NCBI GenBank assembly: GCA_033581555.1
Contig: JAVQSZ010000002.1
Span: forward strand, 128,001 to 192,000
Origin: Nitrososphaerota archaeon
GTDB taxonomy: Archaea; Thermoproteota; Nitrososphaeria_A; Caldarchaeales; Calditenuaceae
Length of the DNA stretch: 64,000 nucleotides
Direction of reading: 5' to 3'
Shown here: positions 36,339 to 46,293 of the stretch, in pieces
Numbering within the stretch: the first letter of the stretch is position 1
Layout of the letters: each line of letters begins with the position of its first letter
Position numbers and translations under genes: made by a program
The notes under the pieces: generated by a model
The model's database searches: none
What the model saw: only the letters and a program-made list of their open reading frames with translations
Told to the model about the DNA's origin: nothing

Positions 36339-38912
36339 TTAGGCGAAGAACTGCTCCAAGCTCCCGACCCCGACGATCACGTCGAAGTCCATGTCGAGGC
36401 TGTCGAGGACCTGCTCGAAGGTCGACCTCATGTACTCGATGTACTTCTCGACGTCCACCTGGTCTTTCGATATCTTGACGCTCGGGTGGAGGGGCGCGAC
36501 GCCGACCTTGTCCTTGGTCTTCACGTACCTGATGATATCGCCCGAGGTCACCTGAACGCCGTGTTGCTGCAGAATCTTCGCGGCCTTCACGTGGGGAGGC
36601 GTAGTCTCGGTGTAGCTCTCAGGCTGCTTGGAGAGCATCACGCTGAACGCGAGCTCGCTCAGCTCGAACTCCCTCTTCCTCAGCTTCCTGTGCCACGTCT
36701 TGATCAGGTCCGCGATGTGCCTCTTCACGGTCTCGAGGTCCTCGGGCGTCCTAACGTTGGCCAGCTCCTGGAGCATCGAGTTGAAGGCCTCCCTGATGAA
36801 GTCGGGGATGTGCCTCTTCTTCCCCGTCAAGCCCTTCACGTCGACCACGCCCTTCGACGTCAGGCCGAGGTAGTTCTTCTTCCTCGACGAGAAGACGATG
36901 TAGACGTACTCCTTGTCAGGCTCGAGGTCGAGTCCTAGCTCCGTCGCGGCCCACCTGATGAGTTTCTCGAGGATCGCGCCGTCTGCGCCCTTGAGGAAGA
37001 GCGAGTCGGTGTCTCCGTAGACCACGGTCGCGCCGAGCTCCCTTACCTTCTCGATCGCAGACTTGAAGACGTACCTGCCGATCGCCGCGGTGCTCTCGGC
37101 GAGGGGCGGGCAGTAGAGCGGAAACTCCTCGAACCCGAAGACGCCGTACGAAGCGTTGAGGAAGACCTTCGTCGCCTTCTGGACCACGTCGTACCACCTC
37201 CTCTGGCCCTCGGGGAGGCTCTTGTCGGAGCTCCGGGGCTTGTAGAGTCCGACCCTCACTTCCTTCAGGGCCCCTATGATCGAGCTCTGGAGGCCTCTGT
37301 TCTTGGTGCAGACCCAGTGGGGCGTCTCCGGGACTAGGTTCCTCCTGCACTCCTCATGCGGGCACCTGATGGTCTCGTAGCTGAGGTTCCACCGGGCGAG
37401 GACGGATGGGTACAGCGACGCGAAGTCGACGACCTTCACGTCGAAGTGGATCCCGGGCGCCGGGTCGACGACGATCGCTCCCCTGTACTTCTTCCCCTCG
37501 ATGACGGCCTTCGTGACCGTCCCTCCCTTGACCTCAAGGATCTCCTCCTTCCTCGGGATCAGCCAGCCCCTCCTCCTGTGCTCGAAGTAGAGGAGGTTCT
37601 TGATCCATCCCGATACGCCGTGCCTGCAGAGGTCCTCGACGGGGAGCCTGCTGATCCTGCAGAGGACCATCATCAGCCTCAGGACCAGCCTGTCCTCGAA
37701 TGTGAGGAGGTTGTAGACGAGCTCGGCGTCGTTCATGCAGTACTCCGCGAGCTTGACGGCCGAGAGGGAGGAGATCGGCTCCTCGATCTTCACCTTCCCC
37801 TTCCCGAGGAGGGCCTGGGAGATACCCTCGAGGGTGAACTCCCTGTACTTGTTGTCGAAGGCGTAGATCTGGATCGACTTGTTGAGGAAGAAGGAGTAGA
37901 GGTCGACGTGGACCGCCCTCACGAAGGTCGCGCCCTCGCGTCCCAGGACTATCGGGACCTTCTCCTTCGGTATGCCTAGCCGCTCGGCCCTGTTCCGGAG
38001 ATAGGGGAGGTCGAAGTCGTCGCCGTTGAAGGTCGCGATCACTGCATACTCGCTGTCGAGCACCGCGAAGACCTCCTCGAGCATCTCCCGCTCTGACCCG
38101 TGGGTGATCATCCTGTAGCCGTCCCCCTCGACCGTCGACGGCCCGGCACCCTCGACCAGCACGTGGACGTCCTTCCTTCCGTCGGATCCACGTATCGCGA
38201 CCGCGACGACCTTGTCCTCAGCCTTAGACGGGTCAGGGACCCTCGTGGCGATCGGGTTAGCGACCTCGATATCGATCCCGCAGACCGGGAGGTCGGGCTG
38301 GTCGGCCTCGAGGAGTCGTATCCAGTCCGCGACGAGTTCGAGGTCCCTCTCCTCGACGCCCTTCAGCCTCCTGGCGATCGAGATCGCCTCCGAGGTGTCC
38401 ATGGTGTACAGCGTGAGCCGGCCGTCCTCCCCGAGGAGGTATGGAGCTCCAACGATCAGGCCCCTGTCCATCAGGTAGTTCAGGTGGTAGGGTATGTCCG
38501 CCTCCCACGCCGTCACCTTCTCCCTCACCGAATACGCCCTTCCGCCGATGGTCAGAGGGTCCTTCGCGATCGCCTTCGTCATGGTCTTCTCTTGCTGCCT
38601 CAGCGCGTCGAAGAGTCTGACCCTCTCGAAACCGACCAACCTCTCGATGGTCTCCTTGAGCGCAGCCCGCAGCTCAGACTCGTCGAGGTCAGAGTAGCAA
38701 TAGGGGAGGTGGCCCGTGTTGTCCTCGAGGAGCTCGACCCTCTTGGTATGGGGGTTGTAGAGCTTCAGGTACGCCTTACCTTTAGCGCCGTCGTACGCCG
38801 CCGAGAGCAGGAACCTGAGGTTCTCCGGCCAGGTCCTCTCGAAGCGGAGGGGCTCCTGCTTGGGGATCCCAGACGTCGTGGGAGCGAGAACGTCGGTGAG
38901 CTTCAGCTGCAT
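36339..38912 (-). CDS. polB: Family B DNA polymerase (PolB1-type)
   Basis: ExoI DIEV, FNGD.FD, DFASLYPS, K...NA.YG, YGDTDS, KKNY; YETIRC.H..C...HWVC insert; no intein. Confidence 0.95.
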   Translation of the reverse strand: MQLKLTDVLAPTTSGIPKQEPLRFERTWPENLRFLLSAAYDGAKGKAYLKLYNPHTKRVELLEDNTGHLPYCYSDLDESELRAALKETIERLVGFERVRLFDALRQQEKTMTKAIAKDPLTIGGRAYSVREKVTAWEADIPYHLNYLMDRGLIVGAPYLLGEDGRLTLYTMDTSEAISIARRLKGVEERDLELVADWIRLLEADQPDLPVCGIDIEVANPIATRVPDPSKAEDKVVAVAIRGSDGRKDVHVLVEGAGPSTVEGDGYRMITHGSEREMLEEVFAVLDSEYAVIATFNGDDFDLPYLRNRAERLGIPKEKVPIVLGREGATFVRAVHVDLYSFFLNKSIQIYAFDNKYREFTLEGISQALLGKGKVKIEEPISSLSAVKLAEYCMNDAELVYNLLTFEDRLVLRLMMVLCRISRLPVEDLCRHGVSGWIKNLLYFEHRRRGWLIPRKEEILEVKGGTVTKAVIEGKKYRGAIVVDPAPGIHFDVKVVDFASLYPSVLARWNLSYETIRCPHEECRRNLVPETPHWVCTKNRGLQSSIIGALKEVRVGLYKPRSSDKSLPEGQRRWYDVVQKATKVFLNASYGVFGFEEFPLYCPPLAESTAAIGRYVFKSAIEKVRELGATVVYGDTDSLFLKGADGAILEKLIRWAATELGLDLEPDKEYVYIVFSSRKKNYLGLTSKGVVDVKGLTGKKRHIPDFIREAFNSMLQELANVRTPEDLETVKRHIADLIKTWHRKLRKREFELSELAFSVMLSKQPESYTETTPPHVKAAKILQQHGVQVTSGDIIRYVKTKDKVGVAPLHPSVKISKDQVDVEKYIEYMRSTFEQVLDSLDMDFDVIVGVGSLEQFFA

Positions 38913-39004
38913 CCACACTTCCCTTCGCGCGAGGGTGATTAAGGTTTGCCGACCGTGGAACTTAGCGAATTCCACTTATATCGATCCCGCCGCGAACCGA
39001 GCTG

Positions 39005-41254
39005 ATGCGGGGCCGAGCCGCGCTGGTCGCCTCGCTGGTCGCGGGGCTGATCTTGAGGTCGGCCTTAGCGCCGGTGACCGGCCACCCCTGGGACGTGCAC
39101 GTCTGGCTCCGCACAGCGGAGCTCTTCACGAGCGGTTACTGGAACGTTTACACGGTCTCCGAGATACCCCAGTTCCCCTGGGGGTTCTACAGTTACCCTC
39201 CGGTCTGGCTCCTCGTGGTCGCGGCAACCTACGCGGCCTCGGGGGCGAACTCGGCGCCGACCTGGGCGGCCGTCGGCGCGATAAAGGCCCCAATCGTAGT
39301 CGCGGACGTCTTGGTGGCGGTTTGGATCTACAGGCTCTCCAGGGCAGTAGGAGTCGGGGAGAGGAGGTCTCAGACCCTCGCGATCGCCTACGCCCTCAAC
39401 CCCGTCGCGGTCTTCATCTCCGGCGTGTGGGGGATGTTCGACCCGATTGCTGTGCTGTTCGCGTTGGTGGCGCTCGAGCTCCTGATTAAGGGGAGGTTCA
39501 CGGCCTCAGGGGTCGCGCTGGGCCTCGGCATCGCGACGAAGCTCTTCCCCATCTTACTTTTACCGGTCACGGTGATCCACATCCGAACGGTTAGCGGCGA
39601 AAGGTTCGGCGGCGCGGTGATCGGCCACATCCTGGCCGCTGTCGGTGTTCCAATCGCGCTCTCCATGCCTTTCCTCGTGGACGCGCCGATGAACTTCCTC
39701 GGGAAGCTGCTCTACCACACGGCTAACGTCGGCCAGTTCACCTACTGGGCCCTGATCTACCCGTTCTTAGGCAAGGAGCTCTCGTCCATAGCGTCATACT
39801 CGATGCTGGCGGCGCTGTACGCGAGGTTGCTCTCGAGGTACGCGGGGGAGGGGGTCCCGGACGCGCCCGCGGTCGTGAGGCGCTCGACGGCAATGATCGC
39901 GGTGTTCTTGGCCTGCTCGACGAAGGTGAACGTCCAGTACCTGTTGTGGTTGATGCCGGTCGCCTTCGTCGCGGCCTCGGTGGACTCGGAGGGCATAGGG
40001 AAGAGGATCTGGGGGTCGATCGCGATACTGAACGTCGCAGCGGTCCTCTTCCTCGTCTACGTCACGAACCTCACCGGGTTCTCGATCGACTCCCTCGGCA
40101 GGGTCTCGCCGACCGCGCCGGTCGACGTGGGCCTCGCTGGGACCCTCTTGGTTCTTGCCGCGGTCCTAGCTGGATGGCAGTTCGTCAGGCTGGGGACGTT
40201 CGAAGTCTTGGGCGGTAAGTTCGACGCGGAGCTCGTCAAGCGGTTCGGGGTTGCCTCGATGCTAACGGTGCTGGTCGCGGCGGCCCTCGTGGTCCCAGCG
40301 CCAAGGGGCGTGAACCTGAACTGCGACGGCGAGAGGATCGCGGTCGTCGAAGGGCCCGATTCGTTCTTCCTCCCGAACGGGTCGCCGGACGTAAAGCTGA
40401 TTGAGAGGGCCGGAGGGCCGACCGCGGTCGCTATACCCTTCGGGCTTGACCTCTTCCTCCTCTACGACGGTCGGAAGGACATCAGGCTCGACCCGCACGT
40501 GAAGTTCAGGATAGGGAGGGACGACTGGGACGTCTCGAGGTTGGCCTCGTCCGTCAGATCCCTCAAGGGGCTCGGGCTGAGGGTCCTCCTGGGGATCTAC
40601 GCGCACCGTGGGAAACCTCTAGTAAGCTACGGGGTCCAGGGCTTCACGACCCGGCTCCTCGAGTCGACTTATCCTCATGCGGTCAAGGGGGACCTTATCG
40701 ACTTCACGACCAGGCTGGAGGGGCGAGACGTCACGCTCGCGTCGCTGATCGGTGAGAGGGCCATCTCCTTGATGAGGGACGTAGGGTTCGACGGGATCTA
40801 TGTGATCACGGAGCACGAGCACAGGGACGGCGTTTGGAGGTTCAACCCGACCGTGATAGAGCTGCTCGTCGAGCTGAGGAAGAGGGCGGGAAGGAATGCG
40901 ACGCTGATCTTCGACGGGATCGACCCCTTGACGGAGCAGGTCGACTGGGTCGATGAGGTGGCCGCGGTCTCGGACGTCGTCGTCCTGAGGACATCGCCGT
41001 GGATGAGGAGGCTGAAGTCCAACTACCTCGAGGACGGGCAGCTCGAGAGGATCGCTGACGCAGTCAAGGGGCTGCTCGGCCGTCACGACCTCAACAAGTT
41101 CGCGTATGCGCTCTACGTCGTCGACTTCTCCGAGGGCTGGGTCGTCCCCGGGATACAGGTCCAGGCGGAGACCGAGGAGCTGGGGATGCTGATCAGGTCC
41201 TGCGTCGTCTACCACGCTAGCGTATACCTGCCCTATCGGTTGAGCTCGAGCTGA
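39005..41254 (+). CDS. GT-C (GT87/PIG-M-like) glycosyltransferase fused to a C-terminal soluble domain
   Basis: GHPWD, YSYPP, K.P..AD, ALNP...S..WG.FD, K.FP, QY..W; C-terminal GFDGIY TIM-barrel-like segment. Confidence 0.7.
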   Translation: MRGRAALVASLVAGLILRSALAPVTGHPWDVHVWLRTAELFTSGYWNVYTVSEIPQFPWGFYSYPPVWLLVVAATYAASGANSAPTWAAVGAIKAPIVVADVLVAVWIYRLSRAVGVGERRSQTLAIAYALNPVAVFISGVWGMFDPIAVLFALVALELLIKGRFTASGVALGLGIATKLFPILLLPVTVIHIRTVSGERFGGAVIGHILAAVGVPIALSMPFLVDAPMNFLGKLLYHTANVGQFTYWALIYPFLGKELSSIASYSMLAALYARLLSRYAGEGVPDAPAVVRRSTAMIAVFLACSTKVNVQYLLWLMPVAFVAASVDSEGIGKRIWGSIAILNVAAVLFLVYVTNLTGFSIDSLGRVSPTAPVDVGLAGTLLVLAAVLAGWQFVRLGTFEVLGGKFDAELVKRFGVASMLTVLVAAALVVPAPRGVNLNCDGERIAVVEGPDSFFLPNGSPDVKLIERAGGPTAVAIPFGLDLFLLYDGRKDIRLDPHVKFRIGRDDWDVSRLASSVRSLKGLGLRVLLGIYAHRGKPLVSYGVQGFTTRLLESTYPHAVKGDLIDFTTRLEGRDVTLASLIGERAISLMRDVGFDGIYVITEHEHRDGVWRFNPTVIELLVELRKRAGRNATLIFDGIDPLTEQVDWVDEVAAVSDVVVLRTSPWMRRLKSNYLEDGQLERIADAVKGLLGRHDLNKFAYALYVVDFSEGWVVPGIQVQAETEELGMLIRSCVVYHASVYLPYRLSSS

Positions 41255-41302
41255 CGTTCTGTCCGCGCCGGTTTAGGCTTAAAAAGACCCACCGGTCGGA
41301 TA

Positions 41303-41926
41303 GTGAAAGAATTGCTGGAGACTTGGACGCCTAGGACGAAGGTCGGTCAACTGGTCAGGTCCGGTAGGATAAACTCGATCGAGGAGCTGATCGCGAACCA
41401 CTACAGGATCACGGAGCCCGAGATCGTCGACTACCTGATGCCGAACATCGAACAGGAGGTGATCGACATACAGATGGTACAGAGACAGACCGACGCGGGC
41501 GAGAGGTCGAGCTACAGGGCGATCGTCGCGGTGGGGAACAGGGACGGTTACGTCGGACTGGGCGTGGGGAAGTCGACCCACGTGGTGATGGCGATAGAGA
41601 AGGCGACCATGCGGGCGAAGATGAACCTGTCCCACGTCGTCAGAGGGTGCGGGAGCTGGGAGTGTGCGTGCGGCGAGCCTCACAGCCTCATCACGAGGGT
41701 CAGGGGCAAGTACGGGAGCGTCGAGATCGAGGTACTTCCGGGCCCGAGGGGGCTGGGGCTTGTGGCAGGCGACATCGCGAAGACGATCCTGAGGCTGGCA
41801 GGGGTCGAGGACTGCTGGACGAGGACCTTCGGCGAGACCAGGACGCCGCTAAGCATGGCCGGCGCGACGTACGTCGCCCTGAAGAACACGCTGAAGTTCG
41901 TCCTTCCCGCGGCTTGGAAAGCCTGA
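41303..41926 (+). CDS. rps5: 30S ribosomal protein S5
   Basis: W.PRTK.G, QRQTDAG, RGCGSWEC.C..PHS, PGPRGLGLVAG. Confidence 0.96.
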   Translation: MKELLETWTPRTKVGQLVRSGRINSIEELIANHYRITEPEIVDYLMPNIEQEVIDIQMVQRQTDAGERSSYRAIVAVGNRDGYVGLGVGKSTHVVMAIEKATMRAKMNLSHVVRGCGSWECACGEPHSLITRVRGKYGSVEIEVLPGPRGLGLVAGDIAKTILRLAGVEDCWTRTFGETRTPLSMAGATYVALKNTLKFVLPAAWKA

Positions 41927-41938
41927 AGGTGGTGGCGC

Positions 41939-42418
41939 TTGGAGGGCTCAGCGAAGTGCTACCTCGTGATCAGGTTAAGGGGGCCGTCCGGCCTCAGCGA
42001 GGAGGTCGAGTACACGCTCAGGCTCATGCACCTCAGGAGGAGCCAGTGGGCCTCCCTCGTGAGGGCAGACCCCTCGTACCTGGGGATGCTGAACAAGGTC
42101 GCGCCCTACGTCACCTGGGGCGAGCCGGACCCTGAGGTCCTCGCGAAGCTGTTCAGGAAGAGGGCCGAGTCGTGGAACCGCGCGCCGCTTTCGGATGTGC
42201 TCTCCAGATTGGGCTGCAAGGACGAGCTCGAGCTGGCGAGGAAGGTCGTATCGGGCGAGATAAAGCTCGGGGAGCTCTTCAACCACCTCAAGCCCTACTT
42301 CAGGCTCCACCCGCCCAAAGGGGGTTACAGGAGGAGCACCAAGAGGATGTTCGCCGACAAGGGCGAGGCCGGGTACAGGGGACAGGCCATCAACGAGCTC
42401 CTGCGCAGGATGATCTGA
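41939..42418 (+). CDS. rpl30: 50S ribosomal protein L30
   Basis: IRLRG, TL.L..L.R, GML.KV..YVTWGE, FRLHPP.GG, GYRG..IN.LL.RM. Confidence 0.95.
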   Translation: MEGSAKCYLVIRLRGPSGLSEEVEYTLRLMHLRRSQWASLVRADPSYLGMLNKVAPYVTWGEPDPEVLAKLFRKRAESWNRAPLSDVLSRLGCKDELELARKVVSGEIKLGELFNHLKPYFRLHPPKGGYRRSTKRMFADKGEAGYRGQAINELLRRMI

Positions 42419-42465
42419 GCCCTCGCCAAAGGATATCAGTACCTCGGGAATACGAGCTCCCGGGA

Positions 42466-43431
42466 ATGACCCGGGAGAGGATACAGGTCGGGTTCGGCGA
42501 GCGGCTCTTCAGCTATGGCTTCGGAGCTTATCACCCCTTCAACAGGGTCAGGATTAGCGTCTTCGAGGCGAAGTTCAACGAGCTCCTCTCGAGGCACGGG
42601 GACCTGATCGAGCTGGTCGAGCCGGAGGAGTGTAGGGAGGAGGAGCTCACGCTCTTCCACACGCCCGAGTACGTCAAGTTCGTGAAGGCGGCCTGCTCCC
42701 CCGGATCGAACGTCAGATACCTCGACTACGGGGACACTCCTGCTTACCCAAACTGCTTCAGGAACGCGTGCACCGTGGTCGGCACTACCCTCAAGCTCCT
42801 CAAATCGATCGCCCAGGGCCGGGTAAGGAGGGCCTTCAGCCCGATAGGCGGGCTACACCACGCGATGAGGAACTCCGCCGGCGGGTTCTGCATCTTCAAC
42901 GACGTCGGCGTCGCGATGGAGTACGCGTTCAGGTTCCTCGGCTACAGGTCGATCGCGTACGTGGACATCGACGCTCATCACGGCGACGGCGTCTACTACG
43001 AGTTCGAGGAAGACCCGCGCGTGATCTTCTTCGACGTTCACCAGGACGGCAGGACGCTTTACCCGGGGACCGGCTTCGATTACGAGAGGGGTAAGGGCGA
43101 GGCTTTCGGGAGGAAGATGAACGTGCCGCTTCCGCCGGGAGCTGGCGACAGGGAATTCCTCAGGAGCTTCGAGAGGGGGATTGAGTTCCTGAAAGGCTTC
43201 GAGTTCGACCTCATAGTCCTCCAGTGCGGCGCCGACGGCCTCGCCGGGGACCCGCTTACCGACCTCAGGTACTCGAAGGAGGCCCACAGGTTCGCGGCAA
43301 GGTCGCTCGCGGAGCTCTCGGAGGAGAAGTGTCGCGGCAGGATCCTCGCGCTCGGCGGGGGAGGCTACGACCCACAGAACGTCGGCGACGCGTGGATCGA
43401 GGTAGTCTCGGCGTTAGCGGGAATCGAGTGA
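42466..43431 (+). CDS. Histone deacetylase/AcuC family protein
   Basis: HP, GGLHHA....GGFC.FND, DID.HHGDG, YPGTG, GAD...GDPL, GGGGY; ATG at 42466. Confidence 0.92.
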   Translation: MTRERIQVGFGERLFSYGFGAYHPFNRVRISVFEAKFNELLSRHGDLIELVEPEECREEELTLFHTPEYVKFVKAACSPGSNVRYLDYGDTPAYPNCFRNACTVVGTTLKLLKSIAQGRVRRAFSPIGGLHHAMRNSAGGFCIFNDVGVAMEYAFRFLGYRSIAYVDIDAHHGDGVYYEFEEDPRVIFFDVHQDGRTLYPGTGFDYERGKGEAFGRKMNVPLPPGAGDREFLRSFERGIEFLKGFEFDLIVLQCGADGLAGDPLTDLRYSKEAHRFAARSLAELSEEKCRGRILALGGGGYDPQNVGDAWIEVVSALAGIE

Positions 43432-43489
43432 ACGGCTCGTGCCTCCTCCCGATCCGCGTCGCAAGTATCTGATGAACTCGGGCCGTGAG

Positions 43490-44254
43490 ATGTCAGACAC
43501 GACACCGCGTTCCGTCGGCCACGACGATGAGCTCTCTATAACGCCTAGGGTCGAAGCGAGGGTCCTGAAGGGACTCGTGACCGCGATGGAGAGGGGCCTG
43601 CCGCTCGACGAACGGACCGTCGCGGAGCAAGCCGGCGTCGCGACGGAGGTCGCTGGAGCCACCTTGAGGAGTTGGGGAGTGGGAACTGCGGCTCTGAAGG
43701 ATGAGGAGCTCCTCGGGCTGGTCGAGGGGCTTCTGCTGAAGTCCGCGGGATCGGATCGACTCCTAGAGGGCCTGAGGTGGGAGCTCTTTGAGAGGGCGGT
43801 AGGGCGGATGCTGGGAAGGGCTGGCCTCGAGGTGCTCTGGGACGTGAGGCTTAACATCGAGCCCACGAGGTACCAGTTCGACCTGCTGGCGGTCGGAGGC
43901 GGAGCCGTCTACGCCGTCGAGTGCAAGAGGTGGCGCAGGACCATCACACCGTCGCTGATGAGAACGGTCTCCGGGGAGCTCCTCAGAAAGCTGGAGGCCC
44001 TCGAGCGCGCCCTCCTTCACCTCCTCGGTCAAGGCCGTGCGAGGGTGCTGCTGGTGCCGCTGGTGATCGCACCATACGTCCCCCCTACCATGGGCGACGT
44101 CTACTTTGCCTCCGTTAGGCACCTGAGGTCCTTCCTCGCAGAGCCAGCCGCGGCACTGGAGTCCCCGCCGGTCAGGGAACTCCGGCTCACTTCGCCCCCG
44201 AGCGCGATGACGTTCAGGAGGGCCCCCTTCAGGTCCTTGAAGTCTCGCCCGTAG
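43490..44254 (+). CDS. PD-(D/E)XK nuclease-like protein (NERD/Mrr-like)
   Basis: WELFE..V, Q.DLLA......VECK.W. Confidence 0.65.
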   Translation: MSDTTPRSVGHDDELSITPRVEARVLKGLVTAMERGLPLDERTVAEQAGVATEVAGATLRSWGVGTAALKDEELLGLVEGLLLKSAGSDRLLEGLRWELFERAVGRMLGRAGLEVLWDVRLNIEPTRYQFDLLAVGGGAVYAVECKRWRRTITPSLMRTVSGELLRKLEALERALLHLLGQGRARVLLVPLVIAPYVPPTMGDVYFASVRHLRSFLAEPAAALESPPVRELRLTSPPSAMTFRRAPFRSLKSRP

Positions 44255-44341
44255 AGACCCCACGATCTGGTCCTGCCCAACGACGATGAAGGCGGTCCTT
44301 CTACCTTTATTAGTTTCTGGCGGGACTACTGGGAGGTGCAC

Positions 44342-44395
44342 GTGAAGCTCGCGGGCTCTCTCGAGTCGAGACCGGCCGCATCGGCCATCGCCTAG
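44342..44395 (+). CDS. Putative uORF (17 aa, UAG stop) in frame with aRF1
   Basis: SD-like GGAGGTG 44332-44338, GTG start, MKLAGSLESRPAASAIA*; TATA-like TTTATTA at about 44306. Confidence 0.5.
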   Translation: MKLAGSLESRPAASAIA

Positions 44396-44416
44396 TGTGT
44401 ATCAGGGTGATTGATC

Positions 44417-45664
44417 ATGTCCGGAAGGGACTCCGTATCATTATACAAGTTCAAGAGGTTCATCGAGGAGCTGGAGCGGAAGGAGGGTAGGGGTACCGAG
44501 CTCGTCTCCCTCTACATACCTCCGGGTAAGAGGGTCGACGAGGTCATCGGGTACTTAAGGCAGGAGTACTCGACCGCGGCGAACATCAAGTCAAAGAGCA
44601 CGAGGAAGAACGTCATGTCTGCGATCGAGAGCGCGATCCAGAGGCTCAAGCTTTACAGGGAGGTCGGGCCCAACGGCCTCATCATCTTCAGCGGCGCGAT
44701 CTCCCACGGAGGTCCAGGCGAGGAGAAAGTCGAGGTCTACGACATAGTTCCACCCGAGCCGTTGAACCTCTTCCTCTACAGGTGCGATAGCAAGTTCTAC
44801 CTCGAGCCCCTGAGGGACCTCCTCAAGGAGAGGGACGTCTACGGGGTGTTGGTTATAGATAACGAGGAGGCTGCGGTCGCGGTCCTCAAGGGGAGGAAGG
44901 TCGTCGAGCTGAAGGTCTACACCTCGGGCGTTCCGGGGAAGCACAGGGCTGGTGGGCAGTCGGCGAGGAGGTTCGAGAGGTTAAGGGACCAGGCGCTGGA
45001 GGAGTACTACAAGAGGGTCGCGGACCACGCGAACGAGGTCTTCCTCAGCTATCCTGAGATCAGAGCGGTGATAGTCGCGGGCCCCGGCCCCACGAAGGAG
45101 GTCTTCGTCCAGGGGAACTACCTCCACTACTCCCTCAGGGACAAGGTGAAGGTCGTCGACACGTCGTACTCCGGGGAAGAGGGCGTCAGGGAGGCGATAG
45201 AGAGGGCTGCGGACGAGTTGAAGGAGCTGAGGCTCGTCATGGAGCGCCGGGTCGTCGAGGCCGTTATGCGAATGGCGACGCAGGGAAGCGGGGTCGTCTA
45301 CGGCGAGAGGCAGGTGAGGCAGGCGCTGGCGAGGGGCGAGCTGAGGAGGCTCGTCGTGAACGAGGACCTTGACGCCCACGAGGTGACGATATCCTGCTCG
45401 AAGTGCGGTTACTCCGAGCGGGTCACGATGAACTCGGAGCAACTGGTCTCGGAGCTCCCGAAGAGGCTCGGCGCCACCTGCCCGAGCTGCGGGAACGCCT
45501 CGCTCCTCGAGGCCGGGCGGGAGCCGCTGGTCGACGTCCTGATCCGCGAGGCCGAGTCGACCGGGACACAGGTCGAGCTGATCTCCTCGGACCACGAGGC
45601 GGGAGAGATGTTCCTGAGGATGTTCGGCGGGATCGCCGGGATTCTGAAGTCGGCGCAGAGTTGA
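44417..45664 (+). CDS. prf1: Peptide chain release factor aRF1
   Basis: G.GTEL.SLYIPP, NIKS, Y.CDS.F, GGQS..RF; C-terminal zinc-finger insert. Confidence 0.96.
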   Translation: MSGRDSVSLYKFKRFIEELERKEGRGTELVSLYIPPGKRVDEVIGYLRQEYSTAANIKSKSTRKNVMSAIESAIQRLKLYREVGPNGLIIFSGAISHGGPGEEKVEVYDIVPPEPLNLFLYRCDSKFYLEPLRDLLKERDVYGVLVIDNEEAAVAVLKGRKVVELKVYTSGVPGKHRAGGQSARRFERLRDQALEEYYKRVADHANEVFLSYPEIRAVIVAGPGPTKEVFVQGNYLHYSLRDKVKVVDTSYSGEEGVREAIERAADELKELRLVMERRVVEAVMRMATQGSGVVYGERQVRQALARGELRRLVVNEDLDAHEVTISCSKCGYSERVTMNSEQLVSELPKRLGATCPSCGNASLLEAGREPLVDVLIREAESTGTQVELISSDHEAGEMFLRMFGGIAGILKSAQS

Positions 45665-46284
45665 CGCGCTCCACCGAAGTCTACCGGCCCTCTGAGGACA
45701 CCTTCCTCCTGATCGACTCAATCTCGGAGTACGCCTCCCGTGGGTTGGCCCTCGCGCTCGACGTCGGATGCGGGTCCGGAGCGGTGACGGAGTCACTACT
45801 GGAGATCTCAGACGAGGTGATCGCAGTCGACGTATCGCTGCCCGCGCTGGAGGCGACCAGGGAGAAGGTCAGGAGCCGAGCGGAGAGGGTTCACCTGATC
45901 GCGTCCGAAGGCGTCGCGTTCCTGAGGGAGGGCACACCGATTGAGCTCATCGCCTGCAATCCGCCCTATCTCCCCATCGAGCAGGACGAGGAGTACGACC
46001 CGGCGGTCCACGGCGGGCCCACGGGTGTCGAGTTCTCGAAGGCGCTCCTGAGCTCGCTGGCAGACAGGCTGAAGGGGAGGGCCTGGACCCTCTTCCTGAT
46101 CGCCTCATCCCTCTCCGACCTCGGATCGCTGGTCCTTCACGCCGAGCGACTCGGGCTCGAGGTCTCCTTCGCGGCTCACAGGCGGCTCTTCTTCGAGGAA
46201 ATCTACTGCCTCAGGGTGAGCGGGCACGGGTCGTCAGGCGAGGCTCAACAGCGAACCTTTTTTACCGACGGAGGGGACGGGTGA
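45661..46284 (+). CDS. prmC: HemK2/Mtq2 release factor glutamine methyltransferase
   Basis: VY.PSEDT.LL, D.G.GSG, NPPY; TTG start overlaps aRF1 stop. Confidence 0.9.
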   Translation: MTRSTEVYRPSEDTFLLIDSISEYASRGLALALDVGCGSGAVTESLLEISDEVIAVDVSLPALEATREKVRSRAERVHLIASEGVAFLREGTPIELIACNPPYLPIEQDEEYDPAVHGGPTGVEFSKALLSSLADRLKGRAWTLFLIASSLSDLGSLVLHAERLGLEVSFAAHRRLFFEEIYCLRVSGHGSSGEAQQRTFFTDGGDG

Positions 46285-46293
46285 CGAACTCGA

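Noticed and set aside
43490-44254. PD-(D/E)XK protein as part of a restriction-modification or defence island
   Set aside because: The nearby methyltransferase is the protein-Gln HemK2 type and the flanks are core genes; no island features
44286-44345. Short ORF MKAVLLPLLVSGGTTGRCT upstream of aRF1
   Set aside because: It spans the likely TATA box and has no SD, so it is unlikely to be on the transcript
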